DNA of 64,000 nt from Chloroflexota bacterium (GCA_919901745.1 CAKKPP010000012.1:23457-87456), one strand, 5' to 3'; counted from the stretch's first letter, positions 19,560 through 32,820 are shown. The notes: a model not told the origin generated them from the sequence alone. Translations and numbers: made by a program.

Positions 19560-19715
19560 GCAGGTCCAGCTGACCTCGACGGGGTCAGATCGACCGCTCA
19601 AGCGATACCTGACTCGGGGCGCCCGCCACGCGGGCGCCCCGAGTCGTATCCTCGTCGGGTCGCCGGCGCGACCTCGGGGACCTTGTCCAAGGCCTCATCA
19701 AACGGTGGTGGTCCG

Positions 19716-20813
19716 ATGACGAAGTACATCATCCGACGCATGATCCAGGCGATCCCCGTCCTGTTCGGGATCACCATCGTCGTGTACGGCATCCTCCTCG
19801 CCGCCCCTGGTGGCCCGACGGCCAAGTTCAACCAGAACCCGCGGATCACCGAGGAGATCAAGGAAAAGTTCAAGAAAGCCTGGGGCCTGGATCAGCCCAT
19901 CCCGGTGCAGTACTGCCGCTGGATGGGCTTCTGCAATCCTGAGAACGTGGGCCTGCAGGTCTTCATCGGCGAGACCGGGTGGCCAAACTTCCTGCCCACC
20001 CCGATCAGCGGCGCCACCAACGGCGTGCTCCACGGGGACTTCGGGTTCTCCATCTCGAGCGGTGAGCTGGTGAACACGCGGATCGTGCGGGCGGCGCTGC
20101 CAACCCTGATCCTGGCCGGTGTGGCCCTCTTCGTGTGGCTCGTCGTGGCGATTCTGATGGGGGTCTATGCGGCCATTCACCGCTACTCGCTGTTCGACCA
20201 GGCCGCGACCGTCTTCGCCTACGTCGGGTTCGCCATGCCCACGTTCTGGCTGGGGATCATGCTCATCTTTCTGTTCAGCGGTCCCGGCCTCAACATCCTG
20301 CCGGCGGGAGGCATGACCGAAACGAGGCTGTCGCCGCCGTTCGGGAGCGATGAGTACTGGGTCTACTTCGGCCAGAAACCGCTCGAGGCCCTGTCGGACG
20401 TGGGCTGGCACCTGATCCTGCCCGTGTTCACGCTCGTCGTCGTCAACATCGCCGGCGATTCCCGGTTCGTGCGCGCCAGCATGCTCGAAGCGCTGAACCA
20501 GGACTACGTGCGCACCGCCAAGGCCAAGGGCCTGCCTGGCCGGACGGTCACGTTCAAGCACGCGCTGCGCAACGCGATGCTGCCGGTCGTCACCAACATC
20601 GGCCTGGAGATCCCGTTCCTGTTCACGGGTGCGATCGTGACCGAGACGATCTTTTCGTGGCCGGGAATCGGGCGGTTGACGATCGCCGCGACGAACCAGT
20701 TCGACTATCCGGTGCTCATGGGCGTCCTGCTGATCTCCGCGACCCTCGTGGTCCTGGCCAACCTGCTCGCCGACGTGGCGTACGCGGTGATCGATCCGCG
20801 GATCAAGTTCTGA
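19716..20813 (+). CDS. ABC transporter permease (OppB/DppB-like)
   Basis: MTKYIIRRMIQAIPVLFGITIVVY start with six TM helices and an EAA-like loop. Confidence 0.9.
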   Translation: MTKYIIRRMIQAIPVLFGITIVVYGILLAAPGGPTAKFNQNPRITEEIKEKFKKAWGLDQPIPVQYCRWMGFCNPENVGLQVFIGETGWPNFLPTPISGATNGVLHGDFGFSISSGELVNTRIVRAALPTLILAGVALFVWLVVAILMGVYAAIHRYSLFDQAATVFAYVGFAMPTFWLGIMLIFLFSGPGLNILPAGGMTETRLSPPFGSDEYWVYFGQKPLEALSDVGWHLILPVFTLVVVNIAGDSRFVRASMLEALNQDYVRTAKAKGLPGRTVTFKHALRNAMLPVVTNIGLEIPFLFTGAIVTETIFSWPGIGRLTIAATNQFDYPVLMGVLLISATLVVLANLLADVAYAVIDPRIKF

Positions 20814-20826
20814 GGGCCGCGATCCC

Positions 20827-21779
20827 ATGACTGATTCACGGAAGCCACAGGGTGCGGTTGCGTCCGATCTCGTTCGGCGGGCCGAAGAGGCCGGCCAGGA
20901 CTACGAGGTTGGCCTCGAGTCGCTCAGCCAGATGCAGCTGGCCTGGCGCAAGTTCAAGGGCCACCGCCTCGCCCTGCTCGGCCTGACCATCCTCGGCATC
21001 CTCATCGGGGTGGCCGTCCTTGGACCGTTGCTCCTGCCGTATAACTTCGCGACGATCCCGCTCCCGGACAAGATCGTCTACGAGGGGCGGCCCCCCTCCG
21101 CGGAGCACTTCTTCGGCGAGACGGGCGGTCTCCAGCGCGATGTCTTCCGGCTCGTGGTCAACGGCGCGCGCACCTCGCTGTTCATCGGCTTCTCGAGCAT
21201 GTTCATCGGGGTGGTCATCGGGACGATCGTCGGCTCGATCGCCGGATTTGTCGGCGGGTTTGTCGACAACTTCCTGATGCGGATCGTCGACGTCATGCTC
21301 AGCCTGCCGGTGCTCTTCGTCATCCTCGTCGCCAGCCGGTTCTTCGGCAACGGCAACGTCATCCTGATCGTGGTCATCTTCGGGCTGTTCAGCTGGATGG
21401 GGATCTCACGCCTCGTGCGCAGCCAGTTCCTGTCGATCCGGGAGCGGGAGTTCGTCGAGGCGGCGCGCGCTGTCGGGGTCACCGATCGGCGGATCATCTT
21501 CCGGCACATCCTGCCGAACGCGTTCTCGCCGATTGTCGTGTCGAGTTCACTGATCGTGGCCGGCAACATCATCGGGGAGGCCTTCGTCAGCTTCCTCGGG
21601 TTCGGTGTCAACCCGACGACCCCCACGTGGGGCAACATCCTCAGCAACGCCCTGACGTTCATTCCGCTCGGCAACTGGTGGTGGCCGCTCTTCCCCGGCA
21701 TGGCGATCATCCTGACCGTCCTCGCGGTGAACTTCATTGGCGACGGCCTGCGCGACGCCTTCGACCCGAGGTCGCGCGC

Positions 21780-21783
<4 letters not shown>
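20827..21783 (+). CDS. ABC transporter permease (OppC/DppC-like)
   Basis: 318-aa BPD-transporter permease; the N-terminal cytoplasmic stretch is typical of OppC. Confidence 0.9.
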
Positions 21784-22886
<1,103 letters not shown>

Positions 22887-22911
22887 GTCCAGTTGCCCGG
22901 GCCGCGGCCCG

Positions 22912-24006
22912 ATGACCGAGATGACCACGTCCACGACGCCGATGGCGGCCGGTGAGCCTCTCGTGCGGGTCAAGGGCCTCAAGAAGCACTTCCCGATCCA
23001 CGGTGGACTGCTCAGGCGACAGGTGGCCACGGTCTATGCCGTGGACGGCGTCGATTTCGACGTCCAGCCCGGCGAGATCTTCAGCCTCGTCGGCGAGTCC
23101 GGTTGCGGCAAGACGACCCTGGGCCGGTCGCTCCTGCGACTCGTGGAGCCGACCGCCGGGACCGTCACGTTTCGCGGTCGCGACGTCACGGGCCTCCCGG
23201 CGGGCGAGCTGCGTGCCCTGCGGCGAAAGATGCAGATCATCTTCCAGGACCCGTTCGGATCGCTCAACCCGCGCATGCCGATCAGCGACATCATCGGCGA
23301 GGGCCTGCTGGCCCAGGGCCTGACCGACCGGAAGACCCGCGACTCCAAGGTGGAGGATGCCCTGGAGACGGTTGGTCTGCGACGCGAGTACACGCGGCGC
23401 TATCCCCACGAATTCTCGGGTGGCCAGCGCCAGCGGATCGGGATCGCCCGCGCCCTGGCCCTCGAACCCGAGTTCGTGGTCTGCGATGAGCCCGTCAGTG
23501 CGCTGGACGTGTCGATCCAGAGCCAGGTCCTCAATCTGCTCCTCGACCTTCGCCGGGACTTCAATCTGACGTACCTGTTCATCAGCCACAACCTGAGCGT
23601 CGTCCAGTACTTCAGCGACCGGGTCGGGGTCATGTACCTCGGCCGGATCGTGGAGCTGGGGACCGTCGCCGAGTTGTACCGGAACGCCCGTCACCCCTAC
23701 ACGATCGCCCTCCTCTCGGCGATCCCCGAGCCCGATCCTCGCCGGCGCAAGAAACGCCTCGTCCTGACCGGCGACGTCCCGTCGCCCGTGGCTCCGCCAC
23801 CGGGGTGCCGGTTCAACACCCGATGCTGGCTGCGCGAGAAGCTGGGCAATCCCGAACGTTGCGTGACCGAGGAGCCGGAACTGCGGGTCCTCCAGTCCGG
23901 CCACCAGGTGGCCTGCCATTTCGCCGAGGACGTCACCTCAGCCGCGGTCGTTGCGGTCGCCGCCAGCCAGCCGGCGATCGCGCCGGCCGCTTCCGAACCG
24001 GCGTGA
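22912..24006 (+). CDS. ABC transporter ATP-binding protein (OppF-like)
   Basis: Walker [10 protein letters not shown] and signature FSGGQRQRI. An alternative ATG at 22852 would overlap oppD by 35 nt. Confidence 0.85.
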   Translation: MTEMTTSTTPMAAGEPLVRVKGLKKHFPIHGGLLRRQVATVYAVDGVDFDVQPGEIFSLVGESGCGKTTLGRSLLRLVEPTAGTVTFRGRDVTGLPAGELRALRRKMQIIFQDPFGSLNPRMPISDIIGEGLLAQGLTDRKTRDSKVEDALETVGLRREYTRRYPHEFSGGQRQRIGIARALALEPEFVVCDEPVSALDVSIQSQVLNLLLDLRRDFNLTYLFISHNLSVVQYFSDRVGVMYLGRIVELGTVAELYRNARHPYTIALLSAIPEPDPRRRKKRLVLTGDVPSPVAPPPGCRFNTRCWLREKLGNPERCVTEEPELRVLQSGHQVACHFAEDVTSAAVVAVAASQPAIAPAASEPA

Positions 24007-24572
24007 CGGCGTCTCGCACCGCGCGGCGTGCGAGATCGTCGAGCGTCCCGCTGGTCCTTGCCGTGGTCCTCGCCGTGCTCGTGGCCGCCTGTGGATCAAG
24101 CACCACGCCGGGTCCCAGCGCAAGCGCCGCACCGGACGGAAGCGCCGTGCCGAAGCCGTCACGATGGCCGGGGACGGCGGTCCTCGCCGTCATCAAGCTC
24201 GGTGGCATCGACGGCGAGATCGCCAAGGCGGGCCGCGATTTCATCACGGCCGCCGACGCGAGCGACGTGACGGCCATGTGGGGTGCCGCGGACGGCCTCA
24301 TCCCGGTTCTCAGCGACCTCACGCTGAGCGTGGATCACCTCGCCGAGTGGGACGAGACTGCGGTCCTGGCCGGCCACCTCCGGACGGCCTATCCCCTGAT
24401 GCTCGAAGGGGCGACCCAGCTGCGCGATTCGATCACGGCAGGTGACGCGAACGGCGTGGAAGAGGGAAGCCGCAAGCTCGCTCAGGGTTTGACCGCGTAC
24501 GCACCGGCACGAGCGATTCTCGCCGAGCTCGTCCCCGAGGCGCTTCTGCAGCAGCGAAACCTGAACCTCTAG
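24003..24572 (+). CDS. secreted lipoprotein of unknown function
   Basis: GTG overlaps the oppF stop (GTGA). Signal peptide RRARSSSVPLVLAVVLAVLVAACGSS with a lipobox Cys. The remainder is predicted helical with no recognisable family. Confidence 0.5.
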   Translation: MTASRTARRARSSSVPLVLAVVLAVLVAACGSSTTPGPSASAAPDGSAVPKPSRWPGTAVLAVIKLGGIDGEIAKAGRDFITAADASDVTAMWGAADGLIPVLSDLTLSVDHLAEWDETAVLAGHLRTAYPLMLEGATQLRDSITAGDANGVEEGSRKLAQGLTAYAPARAILAELVPEALLQQRNLNL

Positions 24573-24629
24573 TCGCCTGCCGACGGGAAGGCGGGCGTCA
24601 GGTCGGGCGTGCGTCAGGTCCGGCAGCCC

Positions 24630-25711
24630 TCAGGTGGGATGGCCGATGCTGGCCAGATTGGCCTCACCCGCCGCGCCCCGAAAATGACAGGCGCACTCGT
24701 GATGCTCCTCGCCCAGCCGGATCAGGGGCGGCTCGTCGGTGGTGCAGATGCTCGGCCCGCCGAGCGAATCGCGGAGCTGGCAGCGAGGGTGGAAGTGGCA
24801 GCCGGAGGGCGGATTGACCGGCGACGGAACATCGCCGGTCAGGATGATTCGGTGCCGCGTGAGTTCGGGATTGGGAACCGGAATCGCCGACAGGAGGGCC
24901 TGCGTGTACGGGTGCTCCGGATCCCGGAACAGCTGGCGCTGCTCGGCGACCTCGACGATCTTGCCCAGGTACATCACGGCCACGCGATCCGAGATGTGTT
25001 CGACCACGCCCATGTTGTGAGCGATGAACAGGTAGGTCAGTCCAAGCTCGCGCTGGAGCGACTTCAGCAGGTTGAGCACCTGCGCCTGGATGGACACATC
25101 CAGGGCTGAAACCGGCTCGTCGCAGACGACGAGGTCCGGCTCGAGCACGAGGGCACGAGCGATCCCGATCCGCTGGCGCTGCCCGCCCGAGAACTCGTGG
25201 GGATAGCGGCGCGCGTGGTAGCTCGCCAGCCCCACGAGGTCCATCATCTTCCGGACCTTCTGTCGGCGCTCCTGCGCAGTGCCCAGGCCGTGGATCCGCA
25301 GGCCGTCGCCGATACTGTCGGCAATCGGCGTGCGCGGATCCAGGCTGGCGTACGGATCCTGGAAGATGATCTGCATTCGGCGCCGGTAGGGTTTGAGGGC
25401 CGCGCCCTTGAGCTTCGTGATGTCGTCGCCGTCGACGCGAACCGTTCCCGAGGTCGGGTCCAGGAGGCGAAGCAGGAGCCGCCCGACGGTGGTCTTGCCA
25501 CAACCGGATTCGCCGACCAGGCCGAGTGTCTCCCCCCGGCGAATGTCGAAGCTCACGCCGTCGACCGCCTGGACCGTCCCGATCGTTCGCTGGAGGACGC
25601 CGCCCTTGATCGGGAAGTGTTTGAACAGGTCACGAACTTCGACCAGGGCGTGGCCGGCGCCGGCCGGTCCAGCCGCGGCCCGCTCGCCGGGCTTCGGAGC
25701 GTTCGCAGGGG

Positions 25712-25715
<4 letters not shown>
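24630..25715 (-). CDS. ABC transporter ATP-binding protein (OppF-like)
   Basis: [11 protein letters not shown] start overlapping the upstream stop. GESGCGKTT and FSGGQRQRI are present. The longer track ORF is a read-through artefact. Confidence 0.9.
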
Positions 25716-26832
<1,117 letters not shown>

Positions 26833-26836
<4 letters not shown>

Positions 26837-27780
26837 CGGTTCAATCGCGGATCCAGGGCGTCGCGGAGGCCGTCGCCGAGGAGATTGAACCCCAGGACGG
26901 TCAGGGTGATGGCGAGGCCCGGTGCGAGGATGATGTGGGGGGCCAGGAAGAGCTGATTCCGCTCGAGCGCGATCATCGAGCCCCATTCGGGCGTCTCCAG
27001 GTTGCCGATGACGCCGACGAACGCGAGGGCGGCGATCTCGAGGACGGCCCCACCAATGCCGAGCGTCGCCTGGACGATCAACGGCGTCATCGAGTTGGGG
27101 AGCACCCGCCGCAGCAGGATCCCCGACGTCGATTCGCCGAGCGCCTGGGCCGCCGTGACATAGTCGGCCTCGCGGGTCGAGAGGACCGAAGATCGGACGA
27201 TCCTGGCATAGACGGGGATCGACACGATTCCGATCGCCAGGAGGGCGTTGATGAGGCCCTGGCCGAGGGCGGTCACGATGATGATCGCCAGGAGCAACGA
27301 GGGGAAGGCCAGGAGCACGTCCATGATCCGCATCATGATGTTGTCCAGCCAGCCTCCCGCATAACCCGCGACGGCGCCGATCATCGTGCCGAACAGGATT
27401 GCGAGGCCGATCGCGGTGAACCCCACCGTGAGCGACGTCTGGGTCCCGAAGACGACCCGGCTGAATACGTCGCGAAAATTGCCGTCCGTGCCGAAATAGT
27501 GCTCCGGTTCCGTCTCGGGGCAGCCGAACGCATGGATGCACGGCGCCGATCGCTTGGCCACGCCCTCCTCGAACCCGAGCAGCGTCTGGGTGGGGTCATG
27601 GGTCGCGATGAGCGGGGCGAAGACGGCCATCGCCACGAGGAGGGTCAGGATCGCCAGGCCGACGATCGCCGAGCGTTGACGCAGGATGCCGCCCAGGGTG
27701 TCGCGCCACAGGCTGGCCGGATGTGTCGCGGCGAGCGGATCGGCCGTGACCATGGCGGGGGAGTCATTGGATGCCGTCAT
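26833..27780 (-). CDS. ABC transporter permease (OppC-like)
   Basis: 315-aa BPD permease. Confidence 0.9.
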
Positions 27781-28922
27781 CGCAGGCGGACCCGTGGGTC
27801 GAGGTAGGTGTACGAGATGTCGACGATCAGGTTGACCCCGACGTAGATGAACGCGATCACGATCGTGAAGCCCTGGATCACCACGTAGTCGCGGCCGGTG
27901 ATCGCCTCGTAGACGCTGCGACCCACGCCTGCCAGGTTGAACACCGTCTCGGTCAGGATGGCGCCCGACAGCAGGGCTCCCAGTTGCAGGCCGATCACCG
28001 TGACCACGGGTAGCAGCGCATTCCGGGTGGCGTGGCGCAGGACGACCGTCCGCTCACGGAGCCCCTTGGCCCGGGCCGTTCGAACGTAGTCCTGGCCGAG
28101 CACCTCGAGGAGGCTCGACCTGGTGATCCGGGCAATGATCGCCAGGGGGATGGTCCCGAGGGCGACGGCCGGCAGGATCAGGTGGCGGAGGGCGTCGCCC
28201 AGGGCCGCCCATTGACCGGTGATCAGCGACGTCAGCACGAAGAAACCCGAGAAGAAGTCGAGCAGCGCGCGGAGCGGGCCGTCGAGCGACTCCAGGCCGA
28301 AGGTCGTGGCGAGCGGGACGACGGCGATCCCGGAGCTCAATCGCCCTGAGGGCGGCAGGGACAGAGGGGTGTCCTTGAGCACGAGGGCGAACACGAATGC
28401 CAGGCTGAGACCGAGGACGAACACGGGAATCGACACGCCGAGGTTGGCGAAGGCCATCGTCCCCACGTCGACGGCGGAATTGCGCCGATAACCCGAGATG
28501 AGACCCAGCGGGATGCCGACCAGCATCGCGAGGGCGAGGGCAAGGATCGTGAGTTCGATCGTCGCCGGCAGGCGCTCGATGAGCAGCGTCGCGACGGGGC
28601 GCGAGAACTTGATCGAATCGCCGAGGTCCCCTCGCGCGAGGCCGCCGAGATAGGCTGCGAACTGGTTGTCGAGGAGGGTTGCCGGAATATCCGCCGGCCG
28701 GAACTGCAGCTCTCGATCCTCTCGGTAGAGGCCGGGCACGATCGCCTTGTCCAGTCCGTACCGCTTGATGAACGGTTCACAGACCGCGTCCGTCGCGCGC
28801 TCGCCGAGGACCGCTCGGCACGGGTCGCCTGCGATGAGGCGCGACGTGGCGAACACGATCAGGACGATCCCGAAGAGAACCGGGATGGTCACGATCAGGC
28901 GGCGGAGGATGAACTGGATCAT
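27777..28922 (-). CDS. ABC transporter permease (OppB-like)
   Basis: MIQFILRRLIVTIPVLFGIVLIVF with six TM helices. Confidence 0.9.
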   Translation of the reverse strand: MIQFILRRLIVTIPVLFGIVLIVFATSRLIAGDPCRAVLGERATDAVCEPFIKRYGLDKAIVPGLYREDRELQFRPADIPATLLDNQFAAYLGGLARGDLGDSIKFSRPVATLLIERLPATIELTILALALAMLVGIPLGLISGYRRNSAVDVGTMAFANLGVSIPVFVLGLSLAFVFALVLKDTPLSLPPSGRLSSGIAVVPLATTFGLESLDGPLRALLDFFSGFFVLTSLITGQWAALGDALRHLILPAVALGTIPLAIIARITRSSLLEVLGQDYVRTARAKGLRERTVVLRHATRNALLPVVTVIGLQLGALLSGAILTETVFNLAGVGRSVYEAITGRDYVVIQGFTIVIAFIYVGVNLIVDISYTYLDPRVRLR

Positions 28923-29042
28923 CGCTGCGACGTCACCGTGTTCGGGGGCTGGTCAAACGTTGGGCGTCGGTCGCCGTGGGCGGGATAGGGAACGAGGGCG
29001 CCGTGGATACGGCGCCCTCGTTCTCGTACTGCGAACGAAAGG

Positions 29043-30779
29043 TCAGCTGGCCGGCGGCGGCGGGTTGAGGAACCCACCGAACAGGCCTGGGAAGTACTCG
29101 AAGGCGCCGGAACGGCCCTTGTGGAGCGGATGGTTGGCGTCCCACTGCAGGGCGTAACTGACGACGACGTCGTTGGCGTCGAGGTCGGCTCCGTCGTGGA
29201 ACTTGACACCGTCGCGGAGGGTGCAGGTCCACACCGTGAGATCGGCGTTCGAGGTGCACTCCGTGGCCAGGGACGGGATGGCCTTGGTGCCACCGACTTC
29301 ATAGCCATAGAGCGATTCGTTGATCTGCTCGCACGCGCGAAGCGTCTCGCCGTCCGACTCGTCTCCACAGTAGAGGCTGAGCGGCTCGGCATTCTGCATC
29401 CAGACGAGCGTGTCGCGACCGCCCGGATCGACCACCGAGAACAGCTCCGTGCTGAGCGGCGAGGCGTGGGCGCCCGTGACGTCGGCGAGGAAGGCGGTCC
29501 CGGATCCACCGTGGATCATGACGACCGCCGGAACGTACTCCTTGATCAGGTTGTTCGCGGTTCCGTACGCGGCGGCCCGATCGGCGTCTGCCGACGCGGA
29601 ACCACCCTCCTGGATTGCGGCCGCAACATCGTCGAACGGCTTCCCGAACTTCACGCCCGAGCCGGGCCCGAAGTGGTAGTCGAGGAAGTTCGACGTATCC
29701 GGGTAGTCGGCGCCCCAACCGAGCAGGAAGATCCCCTCGAGGGTTCCTGCGCTGTTGGCGTCGAGGAATGCCCCGGACTCCTGGAGTTCCGGCGTGGCGA
29801 TGATGCCGAGGTTGTTCTTGAGCTGCTGCGAGACCTCGGTCGCGATCTGCGGCGGATCCGGCAGGTAGCCGCGAACCGCGGCGCGGAACTGGATCTTCGT
29901 GGTGAGGGTCGTGATGCCCTCTTCGGCCATCCCTTCGGCAAGCAGCGCCTTGGCGGCCGTCGCGTCGAAGGTGTAGTAGTCGTTGCCTTCGCAGCCGAAC
30001 GGGATCGCGCACGGCGTGAAGTGGCTGGCCACCTCCGAGCCGGGCGGGTAGAAGTTGTCGACGATCCGCTGTCGGTCGACGCCCATGGCGATCGCCTGGC
30101 GGATCTTCTGGTTCGTCCATGGCTTGATCGTGGTGTTGAAGCCGAGGTACAGGGTGTTCAGCCCCTCGCGCTCGAAGAACGCCAGGCTCCCCGAGTTCTT
30201 GATGGTCTCGATGTCGTCGGCACCCGGGTTGTCGATGCCGTCGACGGCGCCGGACTGGAGCTCGAGGAGCCGCTGGGCCGCTTCGTCGCTCCAGCGGAAC
30301 TCGACATTCGGCGCAAGGGCCTTCTCGCCCCAGTAGCCGTCAAAGGCCTCGAGGACGAGGCGGCTGCCGCGATCCCACGCCTTCAGCTTGTACGGACCGG
30401 TTCCGTTCGGCTGGTCGAGAATTGAGCCGTCGCCCATGTGGGCCGCGATGTAGTCGGAGTCCTGGATCCCGAAGGCGCTGAACGCGATCTTCGCCAGGAA
30501 TGCGACGTCCGGGGCGCACAGCTGGAACTCGACGGTCTTGGCGTCGATGGCGGTGACCTTCTTGAAATTGCCGGTGTAGTCGCCGACACCGCACGGGGCC
30601 TCGCCCGTCTCCGGGTAAGCCAGGCCGTCGTACGGTGCGGCGGACGTAACGGGTGTCGCGTCCGGCGGGGCCGTCGGCGTGCTCGGGCTGGGCGTCGCGG
30701 CGCCCGTACAGGCGGCGAACACAAGCGTCGCGATGCCCACCAGGGCAAGCCGCGACGTCCACCTCGATGGATGTGACAT
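29043..30779 (-). CDS. ABC transporter substrate-binding lipoprotein, family 5
   Basis: Signal peptide and lipobox LVGIATLVFAAC. SBP_bac_5 body. It heads the minus-strand opp operon. Confidence 0.85.
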   Translation of the reverse strand: MSHPSRWTSRLALVGIATLVFAACTGAATPSPSTPTAPPDATPVTSAAPYDGLAYPETGEAPCGVGDYTGNFKKVTAIDAKTVEFQLCAPDVAFLAKIAFSAFGIQDSDYIAAHMGDGSILDQPNGTGPYKLKAWDRGSRLVLEAFDGYWGEKALAPNVEFRWSDEAAQRLLELQSGAVDGIDNPGADDIETIKNSGSLAFFEREGLNTLYLGFNTTIKPWTNQKIRQAIAMGVDRQRIVDNFYPPGSEVASHFTPCAIPFGCEGNDYYTFDATAAKALLAEGMAEEGITTLTTKIQFRAAVRGYLPDPPQIATEVSQQLKNNLGIIATPELQESGAFLDANSAGTLEGIFLLGWGADYPDTSNFLDYHFGPGSGVKFGKPFDDVAAAIQEGGSASADADRAAAYGTANNLIKEYVPAVVMIHGGSGTAFLADVTGAHASPLSTELFSVVDPGGRDTLVWMQNAEPLSLYCGDESDGETLRACEQINESLYGYEVGGTKAIPSLATECTSNADLTVWTCTLRDGVKFHDGADLDANDVVVSYALQWDANHPLHKGRSGAFEYFPGLFGGFLNPPPPAS

Positions 30780-30977
30780 GCGCTGAACTCCTCCTTCTCA
30801 TTCGCCAGATCCCCGACGCTGCCGGTCCTCGATAGGCGCGCGGATACTTCCGGGCATGCGGCGAACCGCCGTGTCCGGGTGCGCGGAGCCTAGCACCGTC
30901 ATCGGTGCTCTGCCACCCACAATCTTGGTACGCTCCGGCAGACCGGCGGGTTCGACGGGAGCCGCTATGCTCGCGAC

Positions 30978-31910
30978 GTGAACAGCCTGCGGCTCGCGCT
31001 GGCCCAGATCGCCCCGGAGCTCGGTGAACTCGGCCAGAACCTCGAGCGTCACCATGCGCTTCTGGGAGAGGCGCGTGGTGCCGGGGCGGGCCTGATCGTG
31101 TTCCCGGAACTGGGCCTCACCGGCTACCTGCTACAGGACCTGGCCGCCGAAGTCGCGATGCGCCTCGACGACCCGCGCCTGACACGGCTGGCCAAGGCGA
31201 CGTCCGGCATGTCGGCGGTGGTGTCCTTCGTCGAGGAATCGGCAGATCATCGCCTCTTCATCAGCGCCGCACTGCTGGAGGACGGGGCGATCCGCCACGT
31301 TCACCGCAAGCTCTACCTGCCCACCTACGGCCTGTTCGACGAGCGACGCTTCTTCGCCGCGGGCGATTCCCTGCGGGCAACGCCGTCGCGCCTGGGGATC
31401 GGGCTGGGGATCGCGGTGTGCGAGGACTTCTGGCACCTGTCGGTCCCGGCCCTCCTGGCTCTTGACGGCGCCCAGCTGCTCATCAACGTCTCGTCCTCGC
31501 CCGGCCGGGACCTGGCGGCAACGAACGAGGTGGGCCTCGGAACGGCGTCGTCGTGGCGGTCGCTCATGCGCACCTACGCGCAGCTGACGACATCGTTCGT
31601 GGTGTTCTGCAATCGGGTGGGAGTCGACGAATCGATCTCCTTCTGGGGCGGTTCCGAAGTCATCGCACCATCCGGCCAGGCCGTGCTGAGCGCCCCGTTG
31701 TACGACGAGGGCCTGTTCACCGTGGACATCGCGCTGGCCGACATCCGGCGCGAACGGATCGCCCTGCCGCTCCTCAGGGACGAGCGTCCCGAGCTCGTCG
31801 TGCGCGAGTTTGGGCGGATCGTGTCCGAACGGGCGGGATTGGCCGACGACACGACGGCGGAGGCGGGGTCCGGGCCAGGCCTGGACAGTGCCCCGGAGCC
31901 GGCTCGATGA
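30978..31910 (+). CDS. carbon-nitrogen hydrolase (nitrilase superfamily), likely glutaminase partner of NadE
   Basis: LALAQIAPELG...LIVFPELGLTGY (catalytic Glu), later Lys and Cys (AVCEDFWH). Its stop overlaps the nadE start. Confidence 0.8.
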   Translation: MNSLRLALAQIAPELGELGQNLERHHALLGEARGAGAGLIVFPELGLTGYLLQDLAAEVAMRLDDPRLTRLAKATSGMSAVVSFVEESADHRLFISAALLEDGAIRHVHRKLYLPTYGLFDERRFFAAGDSLRATPSRLGIGLGIAVCEDFWHLSVPALLALDGAQLLINVSSSPGRDLAATNEVGLGTASSWRSLMRTYAQLTTSFVVFCNRVGVDESISFWGGSEVIAPSGQAVLSAPLYDEGLFTVDIALADIRRERIALPLLRDERPELVVREFGRIVSERAGLADDTTAEAGSGPGLDSAPEPAR

Positions 31911-32803
31911 GCGAACGCACACCCGCGATGGACGGCGCTGGTGGCGACCAGGATCGGGGGTTCGAGCTCCCGCCCGAACTGGCCATCGACACCGATGTGG
32001 CCCGCCGGGTCATGGCCGACTTCATTCGCGGCCAGCTCCGCCAGGCCGGGTTCGAGCGGGCGGTCCTCGGCCTGTCCGGGGGGATCGACTCCGGACTGGT
32101 GGCCTACCTGACGGCCGAGGCGATCGGGCCCGAACGGCTCCTGTGCGTGCTCATGCCGTATCGGACCTCGTCGCCGGCTTCGAGGTCGGACGCTGAGACC
32201 GTTGTGGAGCGGCTGGGCTGCGCGTCGGAGGTGGTCGACATCAGCCCGATGGTGGATCCGTTCTTCGAGGGTCAGCGCGAGGCCAGTGCCCTTCGCCGCG
32301 GCAACGTCATGGCCCGGATGCGGATGACCGTTCTGTACGACCGGTCGGTGACGTGGGGCGGGCTGGTCGTCGGCACCGGCAACAAGACCGAAGCGCTCAT
32401 CGGGTACACGACGCTGTTCGGCGACTCGGCGTGCGCGTTCAACCCGATCGGCGATCTGTACAAGAGCCAGGTCCGCCAGGTTGCAGCGGCGATCGGCGTG
32501 CCCGACGCCATCATCCGGAAGGCGCCCTCGGCCGACCTGTGGCCCGGCCAGACCGACGAGGCAGAGGCGGGGTTCGCCTACCCGGAGCTGGACCGGTTGC
32601 TGTTCTGGCGGATCGACAAGCGGCGGTCGACCGAGGAGCTCGTGGCCATGGGGTTCGACGGCGCGTGGATCGAGCGGGTCGATCGGATGGTGGCCGGGTC
32701 GGAGTTCAAGCGCCAGGTCCCGCCCGTCGCAAAGCTCGGTCCGCGGACCGCCGGAGTCGACTACCTCTATCCACGGCGGCGGCCTGGAGCCGCGCGACGT
32801 TGA
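31907..32803 (+). CDS. nadE: NAD+ synthetase
   Basis: ATG at 31907 (ATGA overlap). PP-loop SGGIDSGLVAYL is present. The track ORF from 31553 is an artefact. Confidence 0.9.
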   Translation: MSERTPAMDGAGGDQDRGFELPPELAIDTDVARRVMADFIRGQLRQAGFERAVLGLSGGIDSGLVAYLTAEAIGPERLLCVLMPYRTSSPASRSDAETVVERLGCASEVVDISPMVDPFFEGQREASALRRGNVMARMRMTVLYDRSVTWGGLVVGTGNKTEALIGYTTLFGDSACAFNPIGDLYKSQVRQVAAAIGVPDAIIRKAPSADLWPGQTDEAEAGFAYPELDRLLFWRIDKRRSTEELVAMGFDGAWIERVDRMVAGSEFKRQVPPVAKLGPRTAGVDYLYPRRRPGAARR

Positions 32804-32820
32804 GCGCTCCCACGGAAGCC

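Noticed and set aside
17709-19601. 630-aa minus-strand ORF antisense to the oppA-like SBP
   Set aside because: It has no motifs and Arg/Gly/Val-rich composition. The sense-strand SBP, with signal peptide and lipobox, is clearly the gene.
24573-24629. Direct repeat GCGTCAGGTC x2 between the convergent lipoprotein and minus-strand oppF
   Set aside because: It is very short with no flanking dyad symmetry. It is probably just convergent 3' UTR sequence.
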